From a virus (Duplodnaviria; Heunggongvirae; Uroviricota; Caudoviricetes): 58,940 nucleotides of DNA. Each line of letters opens with the position of its first letter. Position 1 is the stretch's first letter. Below are positions 40,208 through 48,998 of the stretch, one piece after another. The notes under the pieces were generated by a model that worked only from the letters and a program-made list of their open reading frames with translations, did no database searches and was not told where the DNA came from. The position numbers were made by a program, and so were the translations under genes. Location: the IMG/VR virus record IMGVR_UViG_3300050821_002544. One strand, written 5' to 3'.

Positions 40208-40660
40208 ATGGCATATTCTGGGATATATCTTCCTAAAAATCCTGGCAAGTATATGGGTGATCCATCTAATATAATATATCGTTCTCTATGGGAACGTAAA
40301 GTAATGGTAAAATTAGATGAATGGGATAGTGTAGAAGCATGGGGCTCAGAAGAAATCATAGTCCCATATCGTTCTCCGTTAGATAAAAAAATACATCGCT
40401 ATTTTCCTGATTTTTTAGCAAAGATTCGAAAAGAAGATGGTTCTTTAATAATTAGAATGTATGAAGTCAAACCATATGCTCAGACTATAGAACCAGTAAA
40501 ACCAAAAGATAAGCGCACTAGCAAGAGATTTATCCGAGAAGTTACGACCTATCTTGTCAATAAGGCAAAATGGGATGCTGCTTCTGCATATTGTGCTGAC
40601 AAAGGTTGGGATTTTGTGACATTAACCGAAAGAGAACTTTTTCCTAAACGCCCTAAATAA
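40208..40660 (+). CDS. gp4: Head completion nuclease gp4 (TnsA-like)
   Basis: MAYSG...PKNP.KY.GDP.NIIYRSLWER, W.SEE..VPY.SP.D.K.HRYFPDF, EVKP, N.AKW.AA. Confidence 0.93.
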   Translation: MAYSGIYLPKNPGKYMGDPSNIIYRSLWERKVMVKLDEWDSVEAWGSEEIIVPYRSPLDKKIHRYFPDFLAKIRKEDGSLIIRMYEVKPYAQTIEPVKPKDKRTSKRFIREVTTYLVNKAKWDAASAYCADKGWDFVTLTERELFPKRPK

Positions 40661-40665
40661 CCTTT

Positions 40666-41247
40666 ATGCCTAAACTCATCGATAGAATTTCTAAAGACCT
40701 TAATCAGACCGGTTATCATCGCCGTTCTACAGAGGCGCGTGCGTGGTTACAAAATAAAGCACGTCAACTAGGACAAGTCAATCGTATTGGGATCGTAAAC
40801 GATCCTGTACGTACTACTGGCGGTGCAGCAATAGGCAAGATGTTCTTTTTCTTCTATGACCCAAAATTGAAACTAACACTTCCTTACTACGATAAGTTTC
40901 CTTTGGTGTTACCAATTGAGCTTTATAGCGACGGTTTCCTAGGACTTAACTTCCATTACCTACCTATTAACCTCCGAATTGTACTACTTGATAAATTATA
41001 TGATCTTACTAACAATGATAAGTTCGACAATAGCACCAGGATACAAGCAAGTTATCAGATTTTATCATCGGCTTCTCGCTATAAAGAGTTCAAGCCATGT
41101 CTCAAAAGATATCTTGCACCGCATATTGCATCAAGAATGGTAGAGATAGAGGCACAAGAATGGGAAACTGCAATATTCTTAAATGTTCAGAATTTTGCAA
41201 AAGCATCGGCGCAACAAGTCTGGGCAGATTCTAGAGAGCAAATCTAA
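40666..41247 (+). CDS. gp2: DNA end protector gp2
   Basis: GKMFFFFYDPK.K..LPYYDKFPLV, GFLGLNFHYLP, PCLKRYL. Confidence 0.93.
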   Translation: MPKLIDRISKDLNQTGYHRRSTEARAWLQNKARQLGQVNRIGIVNDPVRTTGGAAIGKMFFFFYDPKLKLTLPYYDKFPLVLPIELYSDGFLGLNFHYLPINLRIVLLDKLYDLTNNDKFDNSTRIQASYQILSSASRYKEFKPCLKRYLAPHIASRMVEIEAQEWETAIFLNVQNFAKASAQQVWADSREQI

Positions 41248-42114
41248 ATGGCATTATTCAATTTTCAAGTAAGTCTCCCTAATCCTCTCAATGCGATTCA
41301 GAATGCAATCAGACCATTGAATCTGGCAGGATTTTTAGGAGGCGGAATTAATCAGATAGGTGGAGGATTTAGACCTTCTGGTTCTGGCGGAACGAATATC
41401 ATCAATACAGGATTTAGTATTGATGATTTCCGTATGAATTTTAGTAAAAATAATGAAGTATCCAAAACAGACAAATTCGATGTATATTTTACTATTCCTA
41501 CTCAGGTGTCTTCTGGTAGCAGCTATGGAATGAGAGAACTATCTTTACAATGTGAAGTATCTGAACTTCCTGGTAGAGATGTTTCTATGATAGAATATCG
41601 ACATTATGCTTTTATTAAGCGTATCCCTCATATCAACCAATATGGTCAAATTACTTTTACGTTTTATTGTACTGGCGCATTGTTAGAAAAGAAACTATTT
41701 GATCGCTGGATGGATCTTATGATTCCTGTAGATACCGGTCTTGTTAACTATTCAGAAGATAATTCTGGTAGTCCATTATATGAAACAACGATTGCTATCA
41801 ATCAATATGACCAATCAAGAAACCTGATATATACTGTGAATCTTATTTCTGCACTCCCTATATCTGTATCTAACATGGGACAAAATTGGGCAGATGATTC
41901 AATCCATAGATTGAGTGTAACATTTGCATTCTTAAAATGGACATCCGATCAGACTACAGCAAGTACGAATCAAGTTCCTTCTTCTGATGCTCCTGTTACA
42001 AACTTTACAAATAGATTTACACCAGCAACCACCAATCCTGCAAACCAACCTGTCAATTCAAATATGGGTGGAACAGATTTTGGTATCAAAAATCCTGAAT
42101 CATGGGATGATTAA
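41248..42114 (+). CDS. gp54: Baseplate tail-tube initiator gp54 (gp19-like fold)
   Basis: L.CE..ELPGR, ITFTFYC, EKKLFDRWMD, I.INQYD, LSVTFAF..W. Confidence 0.75.
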   Translation: MALFNFQVSLPNPLNAIQNAIRPLNLAGFLGGGINQIGGGFRPSGSGGTNIINTGFSIDDFRMNFSKNNEVSKTDKFDVYFTIPTQVSSGSSYGMRELSLQCEVSELPGRDVSMIEYRHYAFIKRIPHINQYGQITFTFYCTGALLEKKLFDRWMDLMIPVDTGLVNYSEDNSGSPLYETTIAINQYDQSRNLIYTVNLISALPISVSNMGQNWADDSIHRLSVTFAFLKWTSDQTTASTNQVPSSDAPVTNFTNRFTPATTNPANQPVNSNMGGTDFGIKNPESWDD

Positions 42115-42137
42115 ACCATAAACAAAGTGAGATTATT

Positions 42138-42923
42138 ATGAATTTACCACGCATCGAACAACCAACATATGAAGTAAAACTTCTCTCTAGAGATCAGCCG
42201 GTCAAATACCGTCCTTTTCTTGTAAAAGAACAGAAAATAATGATGATGGCAGTAGAGGCAAAAGAGGTAGAAACTACGCTCCGAGCAATAAAACAGATTA
42301 TCACCAATTGTCTTATTTCTCCTATTAATGTAGATGATCTTCCTCTTGCAGACCTAGAAACTATGTTCTTGAATCTACGTGCAAGATCGATGGGAGAAGT
42401 AATTAGTCTATATTTTAAGTGTACTAATATGGTAGATTATATTCCAGCACCAAATACCGCAATGTCACATACTATCGATGTTATGGGAAACGTTGTCAAG
42501 CCACAGATTCAATGTGGAATGGTAATTGAAGTCCCTGTAAATCTTATTACTGATGTAAAACAGACCAATACCGGTATTGATAAGAAAATCATGGTGTCTG
42601 ATGATATTGGTGTTATTATGAAATATCCATCTTTAGAAATGGTAGATAAACTATTAAAGGCTAATGATTCTCAAGTAATGTATACTGTTGTGGCATCATG
42701 TCTGGATACTATTTTTGATAAAGAAAGTGTTTGGAAAGCAAATGATGCAACAACAGAAGAATTGATAGATTTTGTAGAACATTTACCTGGTGATAAATTT
42801 GATCTATTAACAAATTTCATCGATAATATTCCAAAGTCAAAATTTGAGACAAAGAAGAAATGTCCTAAATGCCATTATGAACACGATTTTGTGTTGGAGG
42901 GTCTTTCCGATTTTTTTACCTAA
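42138..42923 (+). CDS. gp26: Baseplate hub subunit/assembly chaperone gp26
   Basis: LPRI..PTYE, YRPFLVKEQK, LRARSMGE, MKYPS, CPKC, LEGLSDFF C-terminus. Confidence 0.9.
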   Translation: MNLPRIEQPTYEVKLLSRDQPVKYRPFLVKEQKIMMMAVEAKEVETTLRAIKQIITNCLISPINVDDLPLADLETMFLNLRARSMGEVISLYFKCTNMVDYIPAPNTAMSHTIDVMGNVVKPQIQCGMVIEVPVNLITDVKQTNTGIDKKIMVSDDIGVIMKYPSLEMVDKLLKANDSQVMYTVVASCLDTIFDKESVWKANDATTEELIDFVEHLPGDKFDLLTNFIDNIPKSKFETKKKCPKCHYEHDFVLEGLSDFFT

Positions 42924-43132
42924 GCTTCGGTAACGGAGGTCTTAGAAATTTCTATACATTGAATTTTGGCATGCTATATCATCATAAGATCGATCCTAGA
43001 ATATTCGATGAAATGTTACCGTTTGAAAAGGATATCTACGTAGGAATGCTTGTGGCAAAGGTAGAAGAAGAGAACGAAAAATTGAAGTTAGAACAGTCAG
43101 CAAAGAGAGCAAGAGTAAAACGTGGCAGATAA
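42911..43132 (+). CDS. gp51: Baseplate hub assembly catalyst gp51 frame, probably reached by -1 frameshift from gp26
   Basis: Manual translation of the -1 frame: FFYLSFGNGGLRNFYTLNFGMLYHHKIDPRIFDEMLPFEKDIYVGMLVAKVEEENEKLK; gp51-like NF..LNF.M..HHK, E.LP.E.DIY; conserved part lies upstream of the first ATG (42971). Confidence 0.75.
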   Translation, partial: FFYLSFGNGGLRNFYTLNFGMLYHHKIDPRIFDEMLPFEKDIYVGMLVAKVEEENEKLKLEQSAKRARVKRGR

Positions 43133-44756
43133 AAGAAAAAATAAGAGCGGTAAGACAGTAACTGGTTCTGCATTGACCAGCCTTGCACTGCGCCTGATGG
43201 CACAAGATAAAAGTCTAAATTTGGATTCTGCCAAAGAAAAGGCTATTGACCAAATAAAGGCAAAACAAGCATTTGAAAAGAAACAACAGGGTTTGCGAGA
43301 TGTTCTAGAATATGGAGCAGGTGGTAAATTCAAGCGTAAGGTATTATCCAAACTTCTTGGTGAAAATATCGGACATAAGGTTTCTGATCTTATTCGTAAC
43401 AAAGATACCGAAGCAAATGCTGCACAACAATATGCCGATAATGAACGTCAAAGAACCGCAAAACCCCCTAAACCTATTGAACCACCAAAAAAAGTAGAAA
43501 ATAAGACTTCGAAAGAATTTGAAATAATTCTTAAAAGATTGTCTACTATAGAAGCTAACGTCCAGGCAATTAAGGCAGTAAAGGTAGAACCGCCAAAAAA
43601 GGAAGAACCTATTCTTAAAAGTCCGCATCATGAAGATGCAAAGGCGGCATTGAAAGGACTTGGTTATAAGAAGCATGAAATAGATACTATGCTTAAAGGG
43701 GCAACAGGATCGACTGCCGCAGAATTAATTAAATCTGCATTGAAGATTCCTAAAAAGTCAGAAAAGATTCCTACTAAGGATGTTCCGGCAGTCGTAGAAG
43801 CTACTAGAGCGGATGTAGAAAAAACCCCACCACATGTAGTCAATGTCGTAAGAAACGAACCTAGACCGTCTCCTGTGACTCCAGTACCATTAGAGGCACC
43901 ACCTAAGATCGAACCAGTTGCTAATACACAGACTGAGGCAGTTGCTGTTAAGAAAGAAGTAATGCAGGAAAAGGATACTGAGGAAGACAGAAAACAGAAG
44001 AAATCGATTCTTCAAGAATTGGATGAAATTAAAGATAAGATTAATCAATCCGGCGAAGGATTCATGGGATTATTAAGTAAATTCTTTGCGCCAATAGCAG
44101 CATTCATTTCTACTGGTGTTGCTGCATTGACGGCACTTGCTCCTATATTAGGAGGATTAGCAGCAATTGCAGTTGCGGCATATGCGGGTTATAAGATAGG
44201 ACAATGGTTAGAAGATAAATTTCATGTTTCAGAGAAACTAGTAGATAAGTTTGGTCCTCAATATGATAATAACAAAGTTTTACCTTCTGCCGGAAAAGAT
44301 GCTCTTAATAAGAAATTAGAGGGAACAGGATTTACATCATTAGGTGCTGGTAAATTCAGAGATAATTCTGGTAATATAGTAAAGCATGATGCATTACCTC
44401 CTGCTATTAAATCTAAATTAGATTCTGGTGTTTCGACAGTTCCTACTCCTGGTGCTGCTAAAGCAACTAATTCACAACCATCTCCTGCGCCAGTTGCTGT
44501 AATTGCAAAAGATACTGCAACATCTATGGCAAGTAAGAAAGTAGATTCTGCATCGACCGAAAATGCTCAGATGAAACAGAAACCAGCCAGTGCGCCTATT
44601 ATTCATCAAAGTATTGATAATAGAAAAACTGTTACTCAGGGTGGTTCTTCTTCCGCAAAACCTTCTATTGTCATTTCTACTAGAAATCTAGAACCATCCG
44701 TAGGAAATTATATTGGAAGTATTTTTAATCACCCAGTAGTTCGCTTCCCAATGTAA
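43122..44756 (+). CDS. Putative tape measure/gp29-equivalent with a hydrophobic segment and a RuvA-CTD-like motif
   Basis: 544 aa directly after gp26/gp51; helical, TM-like AAFISTGVAALTALAPILGGLAAIAVAAYAG; T4 gp29 has a similar size. Confidence 0.55.
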   Translation: MADKRKNKSGKTVTGSALTSLALRLMAQDKSLNLDSAKEKAIDQIKAKQAFEKKQQGLRDVLEYGAGGKFKRKVLSKLLGENIGHKVSDLIRNKDTEANAAQQYADNERQRTAKPPKPIEPPKKVENKTSKEFEIILKRLSTIEANVQAIKAVKVEPPKKEEPILKSPHHEDAKAALKGLGYKKHEIDTMLKGATGSTAAELIKSALKIPKKSEKIPTKDVPAVVEATRADVEKTPPHVVNVVRNEPRPSPVTPVPLEAPPKIEPVANTQTEAVAVKKEVMQEKDTEEDRKQKKSILQELDEIKDKINQSGEGFMGLLSKFFAPIAAFISTGVAALTALAPILGGLAAIAVAAYAGYKIGQWLEDKFHVSEKLVDKFGPQYDNNKVLPSAGKDALNKKLEGTGFTSLGAGKFRDNSGNIVKHDALPPAIKSKLDSGVSTVPTPGAAKATNSQPSPAPVAVIAKDTATSMASKKVDSASTENAQMKQKPASAPIIHQSIDNRKTVTQGGSSSAKPSIVISTRNLEPSVGNYIGSIFNHPVVRFPM

Positions 44757-44783
44757 AAGAGGCTAGATTTCTCTAGCCTCTCC
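44755..44783. terminator. Intrinsic terminator between convergent tape-measure-like gene and gp32
   Basis: GAGGCTAGA-loop-TCTAGCCTC hairpin (GAAA loop and U-run on the minus strand). Confidence 0.8.
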
Positions 44784-44813
44784 AATCACCAATACCTTAC
44801 GGTTTGTTGTGAT

Positions 44814-45722
44814 TTATTCGTTTGCCAACTTACGGAAATGATCCAAATCCGAATCATCATCCTTAAATGGAGTTCCTACTGCTTCATCGACTTCTGCGGC
44901 AGCACTAGATTCGGCATTTGACTGTGGCGATGCCGAAGCCCCGTCCAAACCAAGAACCTTATCAAGACGTGCCTTCAATTCAGCATATGGCTTGAACTTA
45001 TCTGCCTGAACTTCTGCTACCAAAGAATAGCTAGACTTCCAAACTTTTTCGATTTCAGCATCAGTACCAACAGGACTCTGATCCGCAAACTCTGACTTAT
45101 CATAGTTACGCTGACCTTCGACCTTACGTGCCTTTAGTTTGAAGTTTGCACCTTCCCAAAAGTTGTATGCATTAAACTTTGGCTTTGCTGCTTCATCCGG
45201 ATCTACAAATGCAGAATCTTCTACGACACCACCAGCAGACTGACCCGCCTTTTCCTGAATCTTGTCGAAAATCTTCTTGCCGTACTTGAACAAGAATACT
45301 TTTCCTTCACATTCTGGTTTTGCAGAATCCTTAACCACAAGGATGTTGCTAACATAAGAAAGCTTACGCTTCTGTTGACGTGCAATTGTTTTGTTAGATT
45401 CTATACCTGTTGCCCACAACTTAGAGTTGTATTCAGAGACAGGATCATTCTCACCTAGAGTAGTAAGTGAGTTTTCAATATACCATCCACCTGGACCTTG
45501 AAAACCATGTGTGAAGATTTGCTGAAATGGAAGACCATCTTCGCCATCTACATGAGGAGCATCCAAAAAGCGAATCGTTGCGAAACCATTTCCTGCCTTA
45601 TCGACAGTTAGTTCCCAATAACGCTCATCCTTCTTGAACTTTTTACTGCCTACATCTTCTAGTTGCTTATTTAGCTTTTCTAGGGAAGAGGACTTCTTTA
45701 GATTTGATAATGAATATGCCAT
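44814..45722 (-). CDS. gp32: Single-stranded DNA-binding protein gp32
   Basis: DERYW..TVDKAGNG.A.IRFL, HGFQGPGGWYIENSLTTLG..DPV, GKVFLFKYGKKIFDKI, GANFKLK, NYDKSEF, acidic tail. Confidence 0.97.
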   Translation of the reverse strand: MAYSLSNLKKSSSLEKLNKQLEDVGSKKFKKDERYWELTVDKAGNGFATIRFLDAPHVDGEDGLPFQQIFTHGFQGPGGWYIENSLTTLGENDPVSEYNSKLWATGIESNKTIARQQKRKLSYVSNILVVKDSAKPECEGKVFLFKYGKKIFDKIQEKAGQSAGGVVEDSAFVDPDEAAKPKFNAYNFWEGANFKLKARKVEGQRNYDKSEFADQSPVGTDAEIEKVWKSSYSLVAEVQADKFKPYAELKARLDKVLGLDGASASPQSNAESSAAAEVDEAVGTPFKDDDSDLDHFRKLANE

Positions 45723-45790
45723 TGTATTTCCTTTTATTCGTAATATGTCGTTGTATTTAAGTGTGTCAAAACATCATAATATAGATGACT

Positions 45791-45819
45791 ATCTTACAGT
45801 TTATTTGTATAATAGTCAA
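45791..45819 (-). promoter_or_regulatory. sigma70-type promoter for gp32 (TTGACT-N17-TAAGAT), with a CTAAATA late promoter just upstream (45823-45829)
   Basis: Direct motif match with a 17-nt spacer. Confidence 0.75.
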
Positions 45820-45833
45820 GTGTATTTAGGCAT

Positions 45834-46844
45834 TTACTCGTTGGAAAAGCCAAATTTTGGTCGATCTTCTGCTGTTTGTGAGTTAGGCTGGATATCATTC
45901 ATATCCTTTAGGCGCTTCACAGTTTCATCAAAATCATTACCCAAACATTCTACTGCAACAATCAACTCTCTCATATGCGCAATAGACCAACCATCGGTTG
46001 CCTTTACCCATTTTTTCAAAACAGAATCTTGTTTTTGAAGATGAGGATTTTTCTCTGCAAGATAAACTTCACGAGCAGGAGCGCTTGGCATACCAATATA
46101 GATGATTTCATCAAATCGACTTGGGCGATTTACGAATCTTTTATCTAATTGTTCAGGATAGTTAGTAGTAGCAATAAAGACTACATTGTCAATTTGTAAT
46201 TCTCCGTCTAAAAGTGCCAATAATGCGGCTTCTCCATGACGATCAATGATCGCATCGATATCTTCAATCATTACGATAATAGGACGATCAGGTTCAATTC
46301 TACGCATAATAGCAAGTCCATGAGCAACAAATTCAGGATCACCATTTACATATACAGAGAAGCCACCTTTTTCTACAATTGCCTTAGAAAGTTGCTGTAA
46401 AGTAGAAGTTTTACCTGATCCTGGTGGACCCCATAACATCATTCCACGCTTCCATAAGAAACCATGTTCTCTAAATGCATGTTCTTTAGTCCAGAAGTGA
46501 TTGATAGAATTTAATACTTGTTCTGAACGAGTATCTGGTAATACAATAAGATCATCTAGATTAATAGTCTTCTTAAGAAAATAATAACCCTTTCCATCAG
46601 AAAATCCAACAACATATTGTCCTGGTGGAAGCTTTTCTTCTGTTTTTTCACAGGGAAAAAACGCATCCCCACTTACTGCCCACATCTTCGCATCGGCAGT
46701 CTCATTCAACGTCTCTTCAATCTCTTTTTTCACTGATTTATTCCTCTCTTTAGCACGATCACGATCAACTATCTTTTTTGCCATAGTTGCTAATATCTTA
46801 TGCAACTTATTGACATTAACCTTTATTTTGGTTTTTCTTTTCAT
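45834..46844 (-). CDS. AAA+ ATPase
   Basis: Walker A GPPGSGKT, Walker B IEDID, ATTNYPE.LD.RF..RPSRFD (SRH). Confidence 0.9.
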   Translation of the reverse strand: MKRKTKIKVNVNKLHKILATMAKKIVDRDRAKERNKSVKKEIEETLNETADAKMWAVSGDAFFPCEKTEEKLPPGQYVVGFSDGKGYYFLKKTINLDDLIVLPDTRSEQVLNSINHFWTKEHAFREHGFLWKRGMMLWGPPGSGKTSTLQQLSKAIVEKGGFSVYVNGDPEFVAHGLAIMRRIEPDRPIIVMIEDIDAIIDRHGEAALLALLDGELQIDNVVFIATTNYPEQLDKRFVNRPSRFDEIIYIGMPSAPAREVYLAEKNPHLQKQDSVLKKWVKATDGWSIAHMRELIVAVECLGNDFDETVKRLKDMNDIQPNSQTAEDRPKFGFSNE

Positions 46845-46845
46845 A

Positions 46846-47079
46846 TCATACAGGTAACTTCGAACCTTTAGTAATTTTTAAACATCTTAAATCAGTAGCT
46901 TCTTCTTCAATCTTACATTTAAGAGATTGATTCAAGAGTGTTGCGGCGACTTCTAATTCTAAATCAGTCTCTTCACAATAATCAATAATTGCTTCCATAT
47001 ATGAAATTTTCTGTGATTCTGCGCGTTGTTCTATTTTCAAAGAAAACACATTTTTTTCATCTCTTGTTGACATTAGCAT
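46846..47079 (-). CDS. gp33: Late transcription co-activator gp33
   Basis: FS..IE...ISYMEAIIDYCEE...E.E....L...LK.KIEEEA..L..L....LPV; near gp32 as in T4. Confidence 0.85.
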   Translation of the reverse strand: MLMSTRDEKNVFSLKIEQRAESQKISYMEAIIDYCEETDLELEVAATLLNQSLKCKIEEEATDLRCLKITKGSKLPV

Positions 47080-48140
47080 TACGATCCAAATATATTGTTT
47101 AGTTGACGATTTACTCTAATGAACTTGGCACGTCGATGAAAATCTTTGATAGAATCAGCGCCGATATACGTAGCAGCAGAACGCAATCCACCTAAAAAAG
47201 TCTTTATTGTATTATCAATAGAACCTTTGAAAGGTATTATTACTTCTTTTCCTTCGGATGCACGATAGTCTGCAACTCCACCATTATGGATATCCTGTGC
47301 AGTTCTACTTGCCATGCCATAAAATTTTCTATGGGTGTTTAGACTTTGGGTATGAACATACGCAGTACCATTCGCATCACAAGGCACGCCACCACCTTCA
47401 TAGTGACCAGCAAAATATCCACCTATCATTACCATGTCTGCACCGGCAGCAAAAGCTTTGGCAGCGTCACCAGGACAGGTAATACCACCATCGGCAACAA
47501 TCATACCTCCTGCATCCTTCGCAGCTTGAGCGCATTCTATGACTGCCGAAAGTTGAGGATATCCTACACCAGTAAGTTTTCTTGTTGTACAGACAGAACC
47601 AGGACCAATACCAATCTTTACGATATCAGCGCCAGCCTCTAGAAGTCTGTCTGTTTGTTCTGGTGTTACTACATTTCCTACCATAAGAATATATGATGGA
47701 AATTTTGAACTAAACTTTTCTACAAATTCTTCGAATTGACTAGTATATCCATTTGCCACATCAATACAAATAGTATGAGGTCTATGTTCTTCTAACAACA
47801 TTAAATCAAATGCTTCAAATTTTTTGAAATCTTTTTCATTTGAGCCCATAGAATATATGACTAAACTACTATGATCTTTATTTTCAAAATCTGCATAGAA
47901 ATCAACCAATTCTTCTACAGTATAATGTTTAGATAATGCCGTCATACAACCATGTTTTGCAAGTGCATCTGCAATTTCGAAGGTTCCTACTCCATCCATA
48001 TTAGCAGCAATGATGGGAATTAGATCAGTATCGAAATAATTAATGTTAAGATCAATTTGACTTCTAGAAGAAATATTAGAACGAGAAGGAGTCAACAATA
48101 CATCAGAATAATCTAGTTTCACTTCATTATCAATATTCAT
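47079..48140 (-). CDS. guaC: GMP reductase
   Basis: KLDYSDVLL.P.RS, ANMDGVGTF, CIDVANGY, VKIGIGPGSVCTTR..TGVGYPQLSA, KFYGMAS, YRASEGK. Confidence 0.95.
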   Translation of the reverse strand: MNIDNEVKLDYSDVLLTPSRSNISSRSQIDLNINYFDTDLIPIIAANMDGVGTFEIADALAKHGCMTALSKHYTVEELVDFYADFENKDHSSLVIYSMGSNEKDFKKFEAFDLMLLEEHRPHTICIDVANGYTSQFEEFVEKFSSKFPSYILMVGNVVTPEQTDRLLEAGADIVKIGIGPGSVCTTRKLTGVGYPQLSAVIECAQAAKDAGGMIVADGGITCPGDAAKAFAAGADMVMIGGYFAGHYEGGGVPCDANGTAYVHTQSLNTHRKFYGMASRTAQDIHNGGVADYRASEGKEVIIPFKGSIDNTIKTFLGGLRSAATYIGADSIKDFHRRAKFIRVNRQLNNIFGS

Positions 48141-48400
48141 AGGTTTTCCATAATTTCTTTGATTTCACTATACTCGGTTTCTTCTATCAATTTAATTTCA
48201 GCATCTGTTTCAATCCACAATCTAGCACCACAACGTAATGGCTTATCAGGGCTATAGACTAATCTACTAGGTCCGTTGATAACAACTTCTTTTGCATATT
48301 TGGTACCGAATTCATTTTGAATTCGACAGGCAGGTAGCCTGTTTCCATGTTTCTTATTGTGTCGAATGACATTGATGTTTACATGAATGATAGTGGTCAT
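48137..48400 (-). CDS. Conserved phage hypothetical protein
   Basis: IIHVN..VIR.N, GPSRLVYSPDKPL.CGAR.WIET; probably leaderless. Confidence 0.75.
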   Translation of the reverse strand: MTTIIHVNINVIRHNKKHGNRLPACRIQNEFGTKYAKEVVINGPSRLVYSPDKPLRCGARLWIETDAEIKLIEETEYSEIKEIMENL

Positions 48401-48406
48401 TATGTA

Positions 48407-48435
48407 ATCATAACATCTATTACTTTAACAGTCAA
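48407..48435 (-). promoter_or_regulatory. sigma70-type early promoter TTGACT-N17-TATGAT
   Basis: Motif match; ATG of 48400 is 6 nt downstream of the -10. Confidence 0.7.
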
Positions 48436-48665
48436 GCCAATGTTATATCTGTTTCCTTAATAATCTTAATCTTACCCACAAACTCTACCTGATAACCTAT
48501 TAAGGATTCATCATCGATTTCTTTCTTGTCATTACAAATAATAAACTTAGGAGATTTAGGAACGGCATGTCCTAGTGAGTGAATCCTACCGGCAACTCCA
48601 TTGACGAATACTGACTCACCAATCTTATACTTGTGTTTAAACATATTAACGCTCCTAATAGGCAA
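48432..48665 (-). CDS. Hypothetical protein (SH3/KOW-like)
   Basis: KYKIGESVFV..., probable start MFKHKY. Confidence 0.55.
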   Translation of the reverse strand: MPIRSVNMFKHKYKIGESVFVNGVAGRIHSLGHAVPKSPKFIICNDKKEIDDESLIGYQVEFVGKIKIIKETDITLA

Positions 48666-48693
48666 ATAAAAAGAGGGTCTTGCGACCCTCTTC
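48666..48693 (-). terminator. Rho-independent terminator downstream of the tmRNA gene
   Basis: AAGAGGGTC-GCAA-GACCCTCTT followed by a U-run on the minus strand. Confidence 0.85.
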
Positions 48694-48990
48694 CCGATCC
48701 GTTCTGTTTACAAGAGGATCAAACTCAGTTTAGGCAGCAAGTGCCTGAACAAACGTGTCATCGTTAGATGCAGTTATAGTTTTGCACTGTCACGGTCGTT
48801 ACATACCGGATTGCCTTCAAGTTATTCTACACAGAGTCGATACCAGTTCAAGCCCATCAGAAGCGTTCTTAGCCACCCATTTATGGTGGACAACTATACC
48901 TCCATGGATAGTCGTAAAAACGCTTGTGGTGGACCTGTCGGGATTCGAACCCGAGTGTTCCGTGCCTTTAGTTAAAGGTTAACAATCATT
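48694..48990 (-). ncRNA. ssrA: Circularly permuted (two-piece) tmRNA; tag (A)ASNDDTFVQALAA
   Basis: Minus strand: T-arm TCGGG-TTCGAAT-CCCGA + CAGGTCC-A-CCA (48954-48927) precedes the 5' arm GGGCTTGAACTGGTATCGAC (from 48855); 7-bp acceptor stem with G3-U70; tag ORF GCA TCT AAC GAT GAC ACG TTT GTT CAG GCA CTT GCT GCC TAA (48771-48730); outer limits approximate. Confidence 0.9.
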
Positions 48991-48998
48991 ATCAATAT

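Noticed and set aside
42996-43402. Minus-strand ORFs 42996-43205 and 43097-43402
   Set aside because: Shadows of gp51 and the tape-measure-like gene on the + strand
48755-48982. 75-aa + strand ORF
   Set aside because: Antisense shadow of the tmRNA gene; no RBS or protein motif
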